From: Callorhinchus milii
Taxonomy: Eukaryota
Assembly: GCF_018977255.1 (NCBI RefSeq)
Contig: NW_024704744.1
Location: forward strand, 310,001 to 374,000
DNA length: 64,000 nt
Direction: 5' to 3'
This document shows, in pieces, positions 26,815 to 40,100 of this stretch (its first letter is position 1; every line of letters begins with the position of its first letter). The position numbers were made by a program, and so were the translations under genes. The notes beneath the pieces are model-generated. The model was not told the DNA's origin. It saw only the letters and a program-made list of their open reading frames with translations, and did not search any database.

Positions 26815-27143
26815 GGAGTCCTGTAGCTCAGTGGTTAGAGCACTCGCTTTGCAAGCAAGATATCTGAGTTCAATTCCAGGCAGAGGGCCAAACCTTGGGC
26901 AAGTTTCCTTACTCCACACAGAGCCTAATAGTAATCCCTCCAAAACCAAAAACAATAATAAATTGGTCATTTTCAATCTACGACTGTTTGTGGGACATTG
27001 CTGTGCGCAATTGGCTGCCGCATTCGCCCACAAATATACAGTCAATTCACTTTACAGTGTGTTCTGTGAAGCGCTTTGGGACGTCCTCCCGACGTGAAAA
27101 GCGCTATATCAAATGCAAGCATTATTATTATTATTATTATTAT
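26815..27143 (+). mobile_element. tRNA-derived SINE with L2-like 3' tail and (ATT)n end
   Basis: A-box tagctcagtggttagagc, tRNA-Ala(TGC)-like loop ctttgcaa, B-box gttcaattcc, body, and a tail shared with L2. Confidence 0.9.
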
Positions 27144-27199
27144 CATCCTGATTTCTCCCCCCGCAAAATTATTTTAAAGGCTTTCCCACAGCACTAGTT

Positions 27200-28330
27200 A
27201 ACCTCTCTGCCAGCCCTGTTCAAGTGTAACCCATCCCACCTTGTACAGGTCCCATCTGCCCCAAAACTGACCAGATCCACTGATCCCAATGTTCCAGGAA
27301 CATGAAGCGCTCATTTCTGCAACTTGCATTCATGTGTTTGATTCTGATGTTTTGATATTCACTTGCACGAGGCACTGGGAGTAATCCAGAGATTAGATCC
27401 TACTATTTAGCTTTTTCCCTAGCTTCTGATACTCTCTCTGTAGGATCTCAGCCCTTTTTATTCCTAAGCCATGCATCCCAACATGAACCACAATTTCTGG
27501 ATGTTTTGCTTCCTCCTGTAGAATGTTTTGCACCCATTCTGTGATGTCTTCACCCCTGACACTAGGGAGGCAACATACCAATCGAGAATCACGTCTTTGG
27601 TAGCAGAAACGTCTGTCCACTCCTTTCACTGTTGTGGCCGTAACTACCTTGACAGTCTTCCCTGCACCCACCTGAGCATCCATTTGCTTTTGACTCCTCT
27701 CCCCTAAGGTGTCAACACCCTGACCGGTATTCAGTACAGAGAACTGGTTTGTGATTGCCACACTCTCAGGGGATTTCTGCACTGTCCGTCCCCTCTTCCT
27801 AACATGCCTGGTGGTCACCCTCTCATTCTCCTTCTGAAACCTCTGCAGCTGTGGGGTGACCAACTCCTGAAACGTTTGATCCATGAACTCTTCGAACTTT
27901 TCAGCCTCTCCTCAAGCTCAGAAATCCTGAGCTCAAGCTCGAGCATCCAGAGGCACTTCTTATACACATGTTTGTTCAGGCCACACGCAGCATCCTGGAG
28001 TTCTGATATGGCACACATTATGCATTCAGCTGCCCTGCCATATTCCCAGACATGTTTATATTGTATTTTAATGTAAAGTTTATATGTTTTTATAATTATG
28101 TACCTCTTTCCCCCTCTGCACCAAATTCCCACTCTCACCAAATTCCTGCACAGAATTCCAAACTCACTCAATTACCTCCTCATGCTCCTGGGCTCTCTGC
28201 TTGAGTGGGGCTCTTGCACCTCTTTCTCTTTATATAAGCCTAAGACTCACCCAGTTTCAACTGGTCAGCAAACTTACTAATCCCCAACATCTGACTAGTG
28301 ACTAACTGCCAATTTGACTTGTTTACTTGC
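27200..28330 (-). mobile_element. CR1 ORF1 fragment (zinc-finger/leucine-zipper region + esterase-like domain)
   Basis: C-x2-C ... C-x2-C-LELELRISELE, and DRRFC..RDSRLVCCLP...PEIVVHVG typical of CR1 ORF1. Confidence 0.75.
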
Positions 28331-28619
28331 TCAAGTGAAAGGTTGTCTCTTCCTCAAAAAAGATTTGCCACTCTTCTGCTGAATGGAAGGAAGAGATACC
28401 AGAGAGCAAGAGAGTTCTTGCTTGCTCTCTGGTATCTCGCTTGCTGAAGAATTCATACATTCACCAAATTCCTGCACAGAATTCCAAACTCACTCAGTTA
28501 CTTCCTCACACTGCTGGGCTCTCTGCTTGAGTGATTGATTAATGATTTGTTATATCGGATGGATAATCACCGACAATCTGGCAAAACGCAATACAAATCC
28601 TAGTGCCCCAGTTTTGTGA

Positions 28620-30825
28620 GTGCTACACTCTTAGGGGATTTCTGCATTGCGCTCGGGATTTCTGCAACGCCGCACTGCCTCACCCCATAGGCTGCCAAAT
28701 CCCTCACCCACGCATTCATCACATCAAGGCTCAATTATGGAAATTCCCTCCTGGTTGGCCTTCCCAACTGTTCCCTTCACAAGCCGCAGATCATCCAAAA
28801 CTCTGCAGCTCGTGTACTCTTGCGTAACAGGCTCCGTGACCCCATCACTCCCACCCTCGCCCAACCCCATCACTCCCACCCGCGCCCAACTCCACTGGCT
28901 CCCCATCCCCCAGAGGATCGAATTCAAGATCCTCATCCTCACTTTCAAAGCCATACATGGCCTTGCCCCCTCCTACCTCTCTGACCCACTCTACCATCTG
29001 TGGCTGGCCTTTCAAAGCCTCTCTGCCCCCACACTCTAGAGATCCATCCCACAGTCCTTCGCCTCATTTCCTCCCTTGCCTCCTTCAAGGCTGGCATCAA
29101 AACCCTCCTTTTCAATCGTGCCTACGTTCTCCCTCCCACCTCTCTGCCTTCCCTCACCCCTCCCCCATGCTCAGTTCCTGACCGCTGACTGTCCAGCGCC
29201 TTGGGATGTCCTCCTGATTTTGTTGTTGTTGCATTGCTTGTGAATTGACTGTATTCTGTGGGCGAAACACGACAGCCAATTGAGCACAGACTCTTAGCCA
29301 TAGCCCTGCAAATGTTTCCTTTTAAGTACCTATCCAATTACCCTTTTGAAAGCTATTATTTCAGAGAACTAGCACCCCCTGAAATAGATATAATCCTCAA
29401 GATATTTTCCTCGTCACATTTATCTTGATGGAGTTCCAGAGGGTGGGGGCAGAGTGGCGGAAGGCCTGCCCGCCAATAGTGGGGCGAGTGAGGTGGGGGA
29501 ACATGAAGCAGGGTGGAGCCCACTGGCGGAGAGAGCGAGCAGGATGGTCAGGGGTTAGGAAGTCACAGATGTAGGGGGTAGCAAGACCGTGGAGGGCTTT
29601 GAAGGTGGGACAGGATCTTGAACTGTATCCTGGGAGGCCAGTCGGGTTGGGTGAGGATTAGCGGATAGGGTTGCGGAGCCTAGTGGGAGAGGACACGGGC
29701 TGCAGAGTTCTGGATGATCTGCAACCTGTGGAGGGAGGAATTGTGGAGACCGACAAGCAGGGAGTCTGCATAAATGAGCTTCGACGTAATGAAGGTGTCT
29801 ATGAGAGTTTCAGTAGCCTGTGTCGTGAGACAGTGGTGGAGACGGGCAATGTTGCAGAGATGGAGAAAGGCTGAAGTGGGTCATGGCACAGATATGGGGT
29901 AGAAAGGACAGTTGAGGGTCAAAGAAGACCCCCCAAGGTTCTGGACTGGCTTAGCAAGGTGGAGTGTGAAACCATTGATGGTGATGCTGTCAGGTAAGGA
30001 GGTGCTGAAGAGAGCCAATCAGGAGAACCTCGGTCTTCTTGATGGTCAACTTAGAAAGTTGGCTCTCATCCAGATTCCCAATGTTCTGTCAGCTTGTCTG
30101 GCAGACATTAGTGCTGGATGACAGCAAACTTCTTGCAACTGAATGTTGTCAAGACAGAAGTCCTACTCCTTGGCACCCATCAATTTCTTCTCTCCTACGA
30201 CTATGACCTCCTCAACATTCCCGGCCTATCTCTCAGACTCACATAACCTAGGTGTCAGGGTCACCCCACAACTGTCCTTCCTGCCCCACATCCGGCCTCT
30301 GACCAGGACTACTTTCCTACTTTCCTCCACCTCCACCACATTTCCAAGTTCCAAACAGCTGAAACATTTATCCATGTGTTCATCACCTCCTGCCTCGACA
30401 ACTCAAACCCCCTCCTCACCGGTCTCCCCAGCTCCACAAAATGCATCTCTGCCATCCACATACTCACCCGCACCATAGCCCCATCACACTAGTTCTAGCC
30501 AGGCTCCACTGGCTCCCAGTCACCAAACAGATTGACTTTAAGATTTTCACACTTGTCTTCAAATCCTGGCAAATTCCTACTTCTCTGATCCGCTGCCTCC
30601 GCTCGACTGCCTCTGGCCTCCTGCTTCTCTCTTGTGATCTCTGTTCCACCATCGTTGGTCACATTTTGAGCCACTATGCTCCAAAGCTTTATCCCTCTGC
30701 CTGACGCCTCCTCCCCCTTTCTCTTCAACCGTGCCTACGGTCACTCCCTACATCTCGGCGACATGCTCTGCCACTGTCAAGCTACCCTGAGTGAGGTGTG
30801 CTATAAAAATGCAAATTGTTGTTGT
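28620..30825. mobile_element. Cluster of old L2 3' fragments in both orientations
   Basis: [16 protein letters not shown]-type translations and L2 tails. Confidence 0.75.
30809..30816 (+). promoter_or_regulatory. Octamer ATGCAAAT about 190 nt upstream of the gene B ATG
   Basis: Perfect octamer, located inside the 3' tail of an L2 copy. Function unproven. Confidence 0.25.
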
Positions 30826-31006
30826 AAAAAGGTATCAATCTGTTGTGGTCTGTGTTGCTGTGACAGGTTGGCACATTCTCTCTCTCTCTCTGGCTGTTTC
30901 GTCCTCTTTACATGAGGTACAATGAGTGCTACAGGGAAAGGGAATTTGACTGAGCTCCATCACAGCTTCTCCACATTTCTCAACATGTAACCTGAGCATT
31001 GCTGAA

Positions 31007-31055
31007 ATGAACACGATTCTCTTTACTGTGAGGCTGCTCCTATGTGTTATGGCAG
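31007..31055 (+). CDS. Gene B exon 1: signal-peptide (leader) exon, MNTILFTVRLLLCVMA+G
   Basis: ATG at 31007; 16 mostly hydrophobic codons plus 1 nt, then donor ag|gtaagt. This is the phase-1 leader exon layout typical of Ig/TCR-like genes, and it splices in frame to 31952. Confidence 0.85.
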
Positions 31056-31951
31056 GTAAGTGAGGTGGGGAGGCAGGGAGAGGAGATGCTTTGTTGTGTG
31101 TGGGTGTTGGGAGTCTGTGTTATCTTGTATATGAGACGAGCTGAAAGATTTCAGGATGTCACTGAGTACTAATGACAATGCTCTCACCCTACTCCTCTAC
31201 TCGTTCACTTCGCTCAACGGGCTCCGGCCTCCTGCATATTCCCCGTCTCCTCTGCTCTAACATCGGCGGCCGTGCTTTCAGGCACGACACCCCAAGTCTC
31301 TGGAACTCACTGCCTCAATCATCTAACCGCTCCCTCCTTGTCCATCTTCAGATCATACCTGAAACGCTTCCTGTTTGACCCTGCCTACAGTCACTTCCGC
31401 GCTCTCTCCACTCACACCCTTGACACTCTACAGTAAAGCCAGGTCAGGCTGCTCACTGGGAGGAGATTGACCACCATGTTTGGGACCACCCTGTGTGAGC
31501 TACAGCCTACACAAGAACTAGACTGATGCTCAGAGTCAGTGTGTTGAGGAATTCCAGCCACTGATGTGGATGTGGTGTAATAGGAAGCAGTGTTTGGAGC
31601 ACAGCACAGATTGCTGGTGTGTGCTAAGAGGCTGTATACTGTGGATACAGGAGAGCCAGCCCTGACCAGCTGACACTGAGATTCAGTCCATATCAATGGC
31701 TATTTGTCACTGAATAAACAACTCTTGTTTATTTTTGAGCATGCCTTTTCCAATTGAAACTTGCATGCTTTAAATATTTTTACATACTCTCTACTCCTTA
31801 AAAATGTAAATAAATAACGTGGTCACTCAATCCACGATTGTTTCTGGAACAGCACTGTGGCTTTAATCATAGATAGGTGTTAAATCTGCTGCTCTGTATG
31901 TGTGTCTGACTCCTCGCCCTGTGACAGTTTGTACCTGTTCACTGTTTAAAG

Positions 31952-32293
31952 GGGGAACAGCAGATCCTGTCCTGACTCAGTCACCGGCCCAAGTAACTGT
32001 GAGAGTGGGGCAGACCGTCCACTTACTGTGTGCCATGAAGAACGGTGAAATGGAGAAAATACATCTACACTGGTACCAGCGGCGGCCTGGACAAGGAAAT
32101 CGACAAATTATAACTCATTATCAAAATCACGTTCAGAGGTACGATGTTACTGAACGTTTTGGGTCAAAGAAAAATCTCACTGACAACAGCTGTACTCTGA
32201 CGATCACTGATGTACGTCTCACAGACTCTTCTATCTATACCTGTGCTGTGTACTCAACTATCTTTGGAACTGGGACTGTGGTAACTGTGATCG
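31952..32293 (+). CDS. Gene B exon 2: germline-joined VJ-type Ig V-set domain V1
   Basis: Acceptor tttaaag| and donor g|gtaagt; 342 nt, phase 1-1. Translation shows VLTQSP, C(B strand), WYQRRPG, TLTI, DSSIYTC and FGTGTVVTVI within one exon. No RSS between V and J parts. Confidence 0.93.
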
Positions 32294-32789
32294 GTAAGTG
32301 AACCATCAAATCAATTGAGAGAGAGTGAGTGAGAGTCACACAGGGAGAGAATCATAGAATTATACAGCACAGAAGGAGGGTATTCGACTCATCGTGTCCG
32401 CCCCGGCTCTTTGAAAAGGGCTATGTAAATCAATCCCACTCCCCTGCTCTCCCCATAGCCCTGCAAACTTGACCTCCCAAATAATTATCTACTTCTGTCT
32501 TAAAAGTTGTTATCAAACCAGGAGTTGAGGGTGGGGGCAGAAAGATAGAGTTGGGTGTCATCTGCATACATATGGAGGTTGACCCCATGTCTGCGGATGA
32601 TATCACCAAGGGGGGAGCATGTAGATATTAAAGAGGAGACAGGGCCAGAGCCCTGGGGGACGCCAGACGTGACAGTGCAGGGACTGGAGGAGAAACTGAT
32701 AAAAGTGGAGGCGTGAGAGAGATAGGAATCGAACCAGACAAGGGCAGGTCCGCGAAGATTAGGTAAAGACAGGGACACAGGGACAGAGA

Positions 32790-35500
32790 GTGTCACACAG
32801 AGAGAGACAGAGAGAGAGAGAGAGTCACATGGAGCGAGATAGAGAAAGTCACACGGAGAGAAAGACAGAGTCACATAGGGAGAGAAAGTCTCACAGAGAG
32901 AGAGAGTGACACAGAGAAAGGGAGATTCACACAGAGAATCACAGAGGGAGAGTCAGAGAGAGAGAGAGAGAGAGAGAATCACACAGGAAGAGTGACAGAG
33001 AGAGAGAGAGTGACAGAGAGAGAGAGAGAAAGAGAGTCACATAGGGAGAGAAAGTCACATAGAGCGAGAGAGAGAGTCACAGAGAGTGTCACACAGAGAG
33101 AGAGTCACAGAGAGAGATAATCACAGGTGGAGTCACACAGAAAGAGAGTCACACAGGGAGAGAAAGAGTCACACAGGAAGAGAGAGTGTCACACGGAGAG
33201 AGAGTCTCACGGAGAGAAAGAGTCACACGGAGAGACAGAGTCACACTGGAAGAGAGAGAGTGTCACACGGAGAGGGAGAGTCACACACGGAGAGAGTCAG
33301 TGAGAGTCTCACAACGAAGGAGAAAGAGAATCACACGGAGAATGAGTGAGAGTCACTCAGGGAGTGAAAGAGGGAGAGAAAGAGTTACACAACGAGAGAG
33401 TGAGACAGAGAGAGAGAGAGAGAGTGAGTGAGAGTCACACAGGGAGAGAGAAAGAGAATCACCCAGGGAAGCGTGAAAGACAGAGAGAGTAAGACAGAGT
33501 CACACAGGAAGAGAGGGTGAGTGAGTTACAGAGAGAGAAAGAGAGTCACACAGGGAGTGCGAGAGAGTCATACGGAGAGAGAGAGTGTCGCACAGGGAAA
33601 GAGTGAGAGACAGAGAGAGAGAGATTCACACAGGGAAACAACAAAAACAAGGTTTCATTTATAGAGCGCCTTTCACATTGGGAGGACGTCCCAAGGCGCT
33701 GGACAGTTGTGTCGGGACCCGAGCATTGGGGGGAAATGGTCAGGGTGAGGGAAGGGAGGGAGCGAGGAGGGTGGAAATGGTCAGGTTGAGGGGAGGGAAG
33801 GGAGGGAGCGAGGAGGGGGTAGAGAGTCGAGAGCGGAGCTGAAGGCTGAAGGTCAAAGAGAAAGGTCTTGAGACCGGCCTTGAAGGAGGAAAGGGAGGAA
33901 GCGGCGAAGGCACTGGGGGATAGAGTTCCAAAGCCTCGGGGCTGAGAGGCTGAAGGCCACCGATGGTAGGGCGGTTGGGGCGGGGGACGTGGAGCAGACC
34001 GGAGCCGGAGGAACGGAGAATACGGGCAGGTAGTTAGGGGGATAGTAGGTCAGAGAGGTAGGAGGGAGCGAGGCCGTGAATGGCCTTGTAGGTGAGGATG
34101 AAGATCTTGAAATCGATCCTCTGGGGGATGCGGAGCAGTGGAGGCGAGTGAGGGCGAGGGTGAGGGCGAGGGCGAGGGTGAGGGTGGGAGTGATGTTGGC
34201 GCAGTGTCTGGTGCGGGACAGTACACGAGCTGCAGAGTTCTGAATGACCTGTAGTGTGGAGGGAGGTGGCGGGAAGGCCGCGAGGAGAGAGTTCCCATAG
34301 TCCAGCCTTGAGGTGATAAAGGTGTGGACCAGAGTTTCAGCCGCGTGAGGGGTGAGGTAGTGCCGTAGTCTGGCGATGTTCCGGAGGTGATGAAAGAGTG
34401 TGAGTGAGAGTCACACAAGAAGAGAGAAAGAGTATCACTCAGGAACAGAGTGAGAGACATAGAGAGAGTGAGAGAGATTCACACAGGGAGAGAGTGTGAG
34501 TGAGAGTCACACAATGAGAGAGAAAGAGAATCACACAGGGAGAATGAGTGAGAGTCACTCAGGGAGAGAATAAAGAAGAGAAAGAGTAATACAAGGAGAG
34601 AGTCTCTGGGGAGAGTCCCACAGAGAGAGAGAAAGAGAGTCACACAGGGAAAGAGTGAGACAAGGAGAGAGAGTGAGAGTCACACAAGGAGAAAGAGAAT
34701 CACCCAGGGAAGAGTGAAAGACATAGAGAGTGTAAGAGAGAGTCACACAGGAGGAGAGAGTGAGTGAGTTACAGAGAGAGAAAGAGAGTCAAACAGGGAG
34801 AGAGAGAGTCACACCGGGAGAGAGAGAATCACACAGGCAGAGAGTCACACAGGGAGAGAGAGAGAGTCACACAGGGAGCGAGAGAGAGAATCACTCAGGG
34901 ACAGAGTGAGACAGAGAGTGAGAGATTCACACAGGGAGAGTGAGTGAGTGAGATTCACTCAGGGAGTGAGAGTCACAAAGGGCGAGAGTGACAGTTACAC
35001 AGTGAGAGACTGTGAGAGTTACAGAGACAGAAAGAGTCACATAGGGGGAGAAAGAGTCACAAGGAGATAGAGAGAGTCACACAGGGAGAGAGAGAAAATC
35101 ACAGTGAGAGAGAGAGGGGGAGAGAGAGAGAGAGTCATTCAAGGAGAGCGAGAGAGAGATGGGGAGAGAGAGTCACACAAAGAGAGAGTCTCCAGAGAGT
35201 GAGTTGCTGGAGAGAGAGTCACACAAGGAAAGAATGAGAGTCACACAGAGAGAGAGCGAGAGAGAGCGAAAGACAGAGAGAGAGAGAGTGAGAGTCACAC
35301 AGGTAGAGAGCGAGAGAGAGAGAGCGAAAGACAGAGAGAGAGAGCGAGAGAGAGAGTGAGAGTCACACAGGGAGAGAGCGAGAGTCACATGGGGGCGGGG
35401 GGCGAATACCCCTATTTCTGTTTGAGAAACTGCAGGGGACCTGGCCCCGAGGGACATTAGGAGAGAGACTGAGAGATAGCAAGAGAGAGAGACAGAGACT
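32790..35500. repeat. GA-rich (gagagagtcacacagg)-type low-complexity array, unit 1
   Basis: Direct inspection; interrupted by an L2 fragment. Confidence 0.85.
33630..34395 (-). mobile_element. L2 3' fragment present only in duplication unit 1
   Basis: Reverse complement of the L2 3' end; absent from unit 2. Confidence 0.8.
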
Positions 35501-35697
35501 GAGAGAGAAATATATAAAAAGGAGCCCTCCCACAGGAGCCCTCCCATTGAGTATAATGTCAAAATGTGTAAATCTATAATGTCTGTCTGTGCGTCTGTCT
35601 GTCTGTTAATCTGCATTCCATATTGGATCATTTGGTCGCAAATGAAGCTGCTACAGGTACAGCTTGTAATTTAATATAATGTTAGTGACAATATTGT

Positions 35698-35913
35698 GGA
35701 GTGCTGTAGCTCAGTGGTTAGAGCACACGCCTTGCAAGTGAGACACGTGGGTTCAATTCCAGGCAGAGGGCGAAACCTTGGGCAAGTTTCCTTACTCCAC
35801 ACAGAGCCTAATAATAATCCGTCTAAAAAAAATAATAAATTGGTCATTTTCAACCCACGGCTGTTTGTGGGACATTGCTGTGCGCAATTGACTGCCGCGT
35901 TTCACAAATATAC
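35698..35913 (+). mobile_element. Same SINE family, truncated by the duplication breakpoint
   Basis: Head and body present, tail replaced by the start of unit 2. Confidence 0.85.
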
Positions 35914-36098
35914 GCTTTAAATATTTTTACATACTCTTTACTCCTTAAAAATGTAAATAAATAACGTGGTCACTCAATCCACGATTGTTTCTGGAACAGC
36001 ACTGTGGCTTTAATCATAGATAGGTGTTAAATCTGCTGCTCTGTATGTGTGTCTGACTCCTCGCCCTGTGACAGTTTGTACCTGTTCACTGTTTAAAG

Positions 36099-36440
36099 GG
36101 AGAACGGGAGTTCCTGTCCTGACTCAGTCACCGGCCCAAGTAACTGTGAGAGAGGGGCAGACCGTCCACTTACTGTGTGCCATGAAGAACGGTGAAATGG
36201 GGAAAATACATCTACACTGGTACCAGCGGCGGCCTGGACAAGGAAATCGACAAATTATAACTCATTATCAAAATCACGTTCAGAGGTACGATGTTACTGA
36301 ACGTTTTGGGTCAAAGAAAAATCTCACTGACAACAGCTGTACTCTGACGATCACTGATGTACGTCTCACAGACTCTTCTATCTATACCTGTGCTGTGCAC
36401 ACAACTATCTTTGGAACTGGGACTGTGGTAACTGTGATCG
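36099..36440 (+). CDS. Gene B exon 3: germline-joined VJ-type V domain V2 (recent duplicate of V1)
   Basis: Same splice sites and length (342 nt, phase 1-1) as V1; 8 nt differences from V1; open frame. Confidence 0.9.
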
Positions 36441-36965
36441 GTAAGTGAACCATCAAATCAATTGAGAGAGAGTGAGTGAGAGTCACACAGGGAGAGAATC
36501 ATAGAATTATACAGCACAGAAGGAGGGTATTCGACTCATCGTGTCCGCCCCGGCTCTTTGAAAAGGGCTATGTAAATCAATCCCACTCCCCTGCTCTCCC
36601 CATAGCCCTGCAAACTTGACCTCCCAAATAATTATCTACTTCTGTCTTAAAAGTTGTTATCAAACCAGGAGTTGAGGGTGGGGGCAGAAAGATAGAGTTG
36701 GGTGTCATCTGCATACATATGGAGGTTGACCCCATGTCTGCGGATGATATCACCAAGGGGGGAGCATGTAGATATTAAAGAGGAGACAGGGCCAGAGCCC
36801 TGGGGGACGCCAGACGTGACAGTGCAGGGACTGGAGGAGAAACTGATAGACATAAAAGTGGAGGCGTGAGAGAGATAGGAATCGAACCAGACAAGGGCAG
36901 GTCCGCGAAGATTAGGTAAAGACAGGGACACAGGGACAGAGAGTGTCACACAGAGAGAGACAGAG

Positions 36966-37165
36966 AAAAAAAAAACAATAATAAATTGGTCATTTTCAAT
37001 CCACGACTGTTTGTGGGACATTGCTGTGCGCAATTGGCTGCCGCGTTCGCCCACAAATATACAGTCAATTCACTTTACAGTGTGTTCTGTGAAGCGCTTT
37101 GGGACGTCCTCCCGACGAGAAAAGCGCTATATCAAATGCAAGGATTATTATTATTATTATTATTA
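36966..37165 (+). mobile_element. 5'-truncated SINE, unit 2 only
   Basis: Matches the 3' two-thirds of 26815-27143. Confidence 0.85.
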
Positions 37166-40100
37166 AAGTCACATAGAGAGAGAGAGTACACCGAGAGAGA
37201 GAGAGAGAGTCAGAGAGAGAAAGTGTCACACAGAAAGAGAGTCACAGAGAGAGAGAGAGAGAGAGAATCACAGAGACAGAGTCACACAGAAAGAGAGAAT
37301 CAAACAGAGAGTGTCACACAGGCAGAGAAAGAGTCACACAGGAAGAGACAGAGTAAGAGTCACACAGGAAGAGAGAGTGTCACACAGGAAGAGAGAGTGT
37401 CACACAGGGAGAGAGAGTGTCACACGGGGAGAGAGAGAGGGTCACACGGAGAGAGAGAGAGAGAGAGAGTCACACAGTGAGAGAGAGAGAGTCACACAGG
37501 GAGAAGGAGAGAGAGAATCACACAGGGAAAGAGAAAGTCACACGGAGAGAGAGAGACACACAGAGGAAGAGAAAGTCACACGGGGAGAGAGAGTCACATA
37601 AGTAGAGAGTCTTGAGAGAGTCACACAGGGAGAGAGAGAGAGTGAGTGAGAGTCACACAAGGAGAGAGAAAGAGAATCGCACAGGGAGAATGAGTTAGAG
37701 TCACTCAGGGAGAGAAAGAGGGAGAGAAAGAGTTACACAAGGAGAGAGTCTCTGGCGAGAGTCCGCAAGAGAGAGAGAAAGAGAGTCACACAGGGAAAGA
37801 GTGAGACAAGGAGAGAGAGAGAGAGAGAGAGTGAGAGTCACACAAGGAGAAAGAAAATCACCCAGGGAAGAGTGAAAGACACAGCGAGAGTAAGAAAGAG
37901 TCACACAGGAGGAGAGAGTGAGTGAATTACAGAGAGAGAAAGAGAGTCAGAGAGTCAAACAGGGAGTGAGTGAGAGTCACACAGGGAGAGAGAAAGAATC
38001 ACACAGGAAAGAGTGAAAGACAGAGAGAGAGATACACACGGGGAGAGAGAGAGTGAGCCGTAGTCACACAAAGAGAAAGAGAATCACACAGGGAAAGATT
38101 GACTGGGCTCAAAATTGATAAGTCCCCAGGACCAGATGGGTTTCACCCAAAGTTGCTGTGGGAGATATGGGTTCAAATAGCGGAGGCTTTGGCCATTATA
38201 TTTCAATCTTCATTGGACACGGAGTGGTGCAGAGAGACTGGGGAGTGGCTAATGTTACCCCACTCTACAAAAAGGGGCAGAAAGACAAACCCGGAAATTA
38301 CAGGCCAGTCAGCCTAACCTCGGTAATAGGAAAGCTACTGGAGACCGTAATCCGGGACAGAATAGATCTCTACTTAGAGGAACACGAGGTAATTAGAGAC
38401 CCCCAACATGGATTTGTTAAAGGCAAATCTTGCCGAACAAATCTAATAGAAAGTCTTGAAGAGGTGACTGTGAGGGTTGATGAGGGAAATGCGGTGGACG
38501 TTATTTACATGGATTTCAAAAAGGCTTTTGACACAGTTCCACATAAGAGATTAATAAAAAAATTAGAGGCTCACAGTATTAAGGGGACAGTGGCAGTTTG
38601 GATTAGGAACTGACTGAGTGACAGAAAGCAGAGGGTGGTGGTTAATGGGTGTTTCTCGCAATGGGAGGAGGTGTGCAGCGGTGTCCCCCAGGGATCGGTA
38701 TTGGGACCACTGCTCTTTCTAATATATATTAATGATCTGGAATGGGGCACAGGGAGCACTATTTCCAAGTTTGCAGATGATACCAAGTTCGGTCGGGTAG
38801 GAAATAGTGAGGAGGACTGTAACCAACTGCAGGCAGACACACACAGAATGGTGGAATGGGCTGACATGTGGCAGATGGATTTCAATGTGGATAAGTGTGA
38901 GGTGATACACTTAGGGAGGAAGAATGATAGGAGGCAATATAGACTTGGAGCTCAATCTTAAGGGGGTGAACGTACAGAGAGATCTGGGTGTTCAAGTAAG
39001 TGAATCATTAAAGGTAGTGGGGCAGGTAGATAGGGCAGTAAAAAGGGCATTTGGTGTCCTGAGCTTCATTAGTAGGGCATAGAGTATAAGAGTAGGGGTT
39101 ATGGTTAATCTGTACAGAACACTGGTTAGGCCTCAGCTGGAGTACTGCGTCCAGTTCTGGACACCGTACCTCAGGAAGGACATTAAGGCACTGGAAAGGG
39201 TACAGAGGAGATTCACGAGAATGATACCAGGAATGGGGAACCTTAGCTATGAGGACAGTGGAGAAGTTAGGACTTTTCCCATTAGAGCAGAGAAGGTTAC
39301 GTGGGGACCTGATAGAGGTCTTCAAGATCATGAAAGGTTTCGACAGGCGAGATAAGGACAAGCTGTTTCCGCTGGTCGGTGTGTCTGTGACCCGCGGTCA
39401 CAGTCTGAAGATATCACCAAAAGAAGCAGAGGGGAGGGTTAGAAGAAATGTTTTCACTCAGCGAGTTGTTGGAATTTGGAATGATCCGCCCGAAAGGGCA
39501 GTGAAGTCCGATTCGATAACAGCTTTTAAGAGAGAACTGGACAGGTATCGGGGAAGACGGGTTTGTGGGGTTATGGGGAGAAAGCTGGTGATTGGGGTCA
39601 GTGAAAGTGACGCTCTGTCAAAGAGCCGCACAGACTCGATGGGCCGAATGGCCTCCTTCTGTGCCGTAACATTCTATGAATCTATGAAAATGAAAGAGTG
39701 AGCGAGAGAGAGAGAGTCACACAGGGGGAGAGAAAGAATCACCCAGGGAGAGAGAGAGAGGGTCATGCAGGGAGAGAGAGAGTCACACAGGGAGAGAGAG
39801 AGTGTTACACAGGGAGAGAGAGATAGTCACACAGGAGAAGAGAGAGAGAGATACACAGGGAGAGAGGGAGAGTTGTAGGGAGAGAGAGTCACACAGTCAG
39901 AGAAAGAGACTCACACAGAGCGAGAGAGAGAGAGAGTCAGAGAGAGAGAGAGAGAGAGCGAGAGAAAGTCACACAGGGAGAAAAAGAGTCACACAAGGGG
40001 TGAGAGAGTCACACAGTGAGAGAGTGAGTGAAAGTCACACAGGGATAGAGAGAGTGATTGAAACAGATAGAGAGAGTCACATGGGGAGAACGAGCGAGAG

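Noticed and set aside
26815-26890. tRNA genes (also 35698, 40774, 44532, 50757, 57753)
   Set aside because: No acceptor-stem closure; each continues into a SINE body and tail.
31007-32293. Retroposed copy of a rearranged VJ transcript
   Set aside because: The leader intron and all other introns are present with canonical sites.
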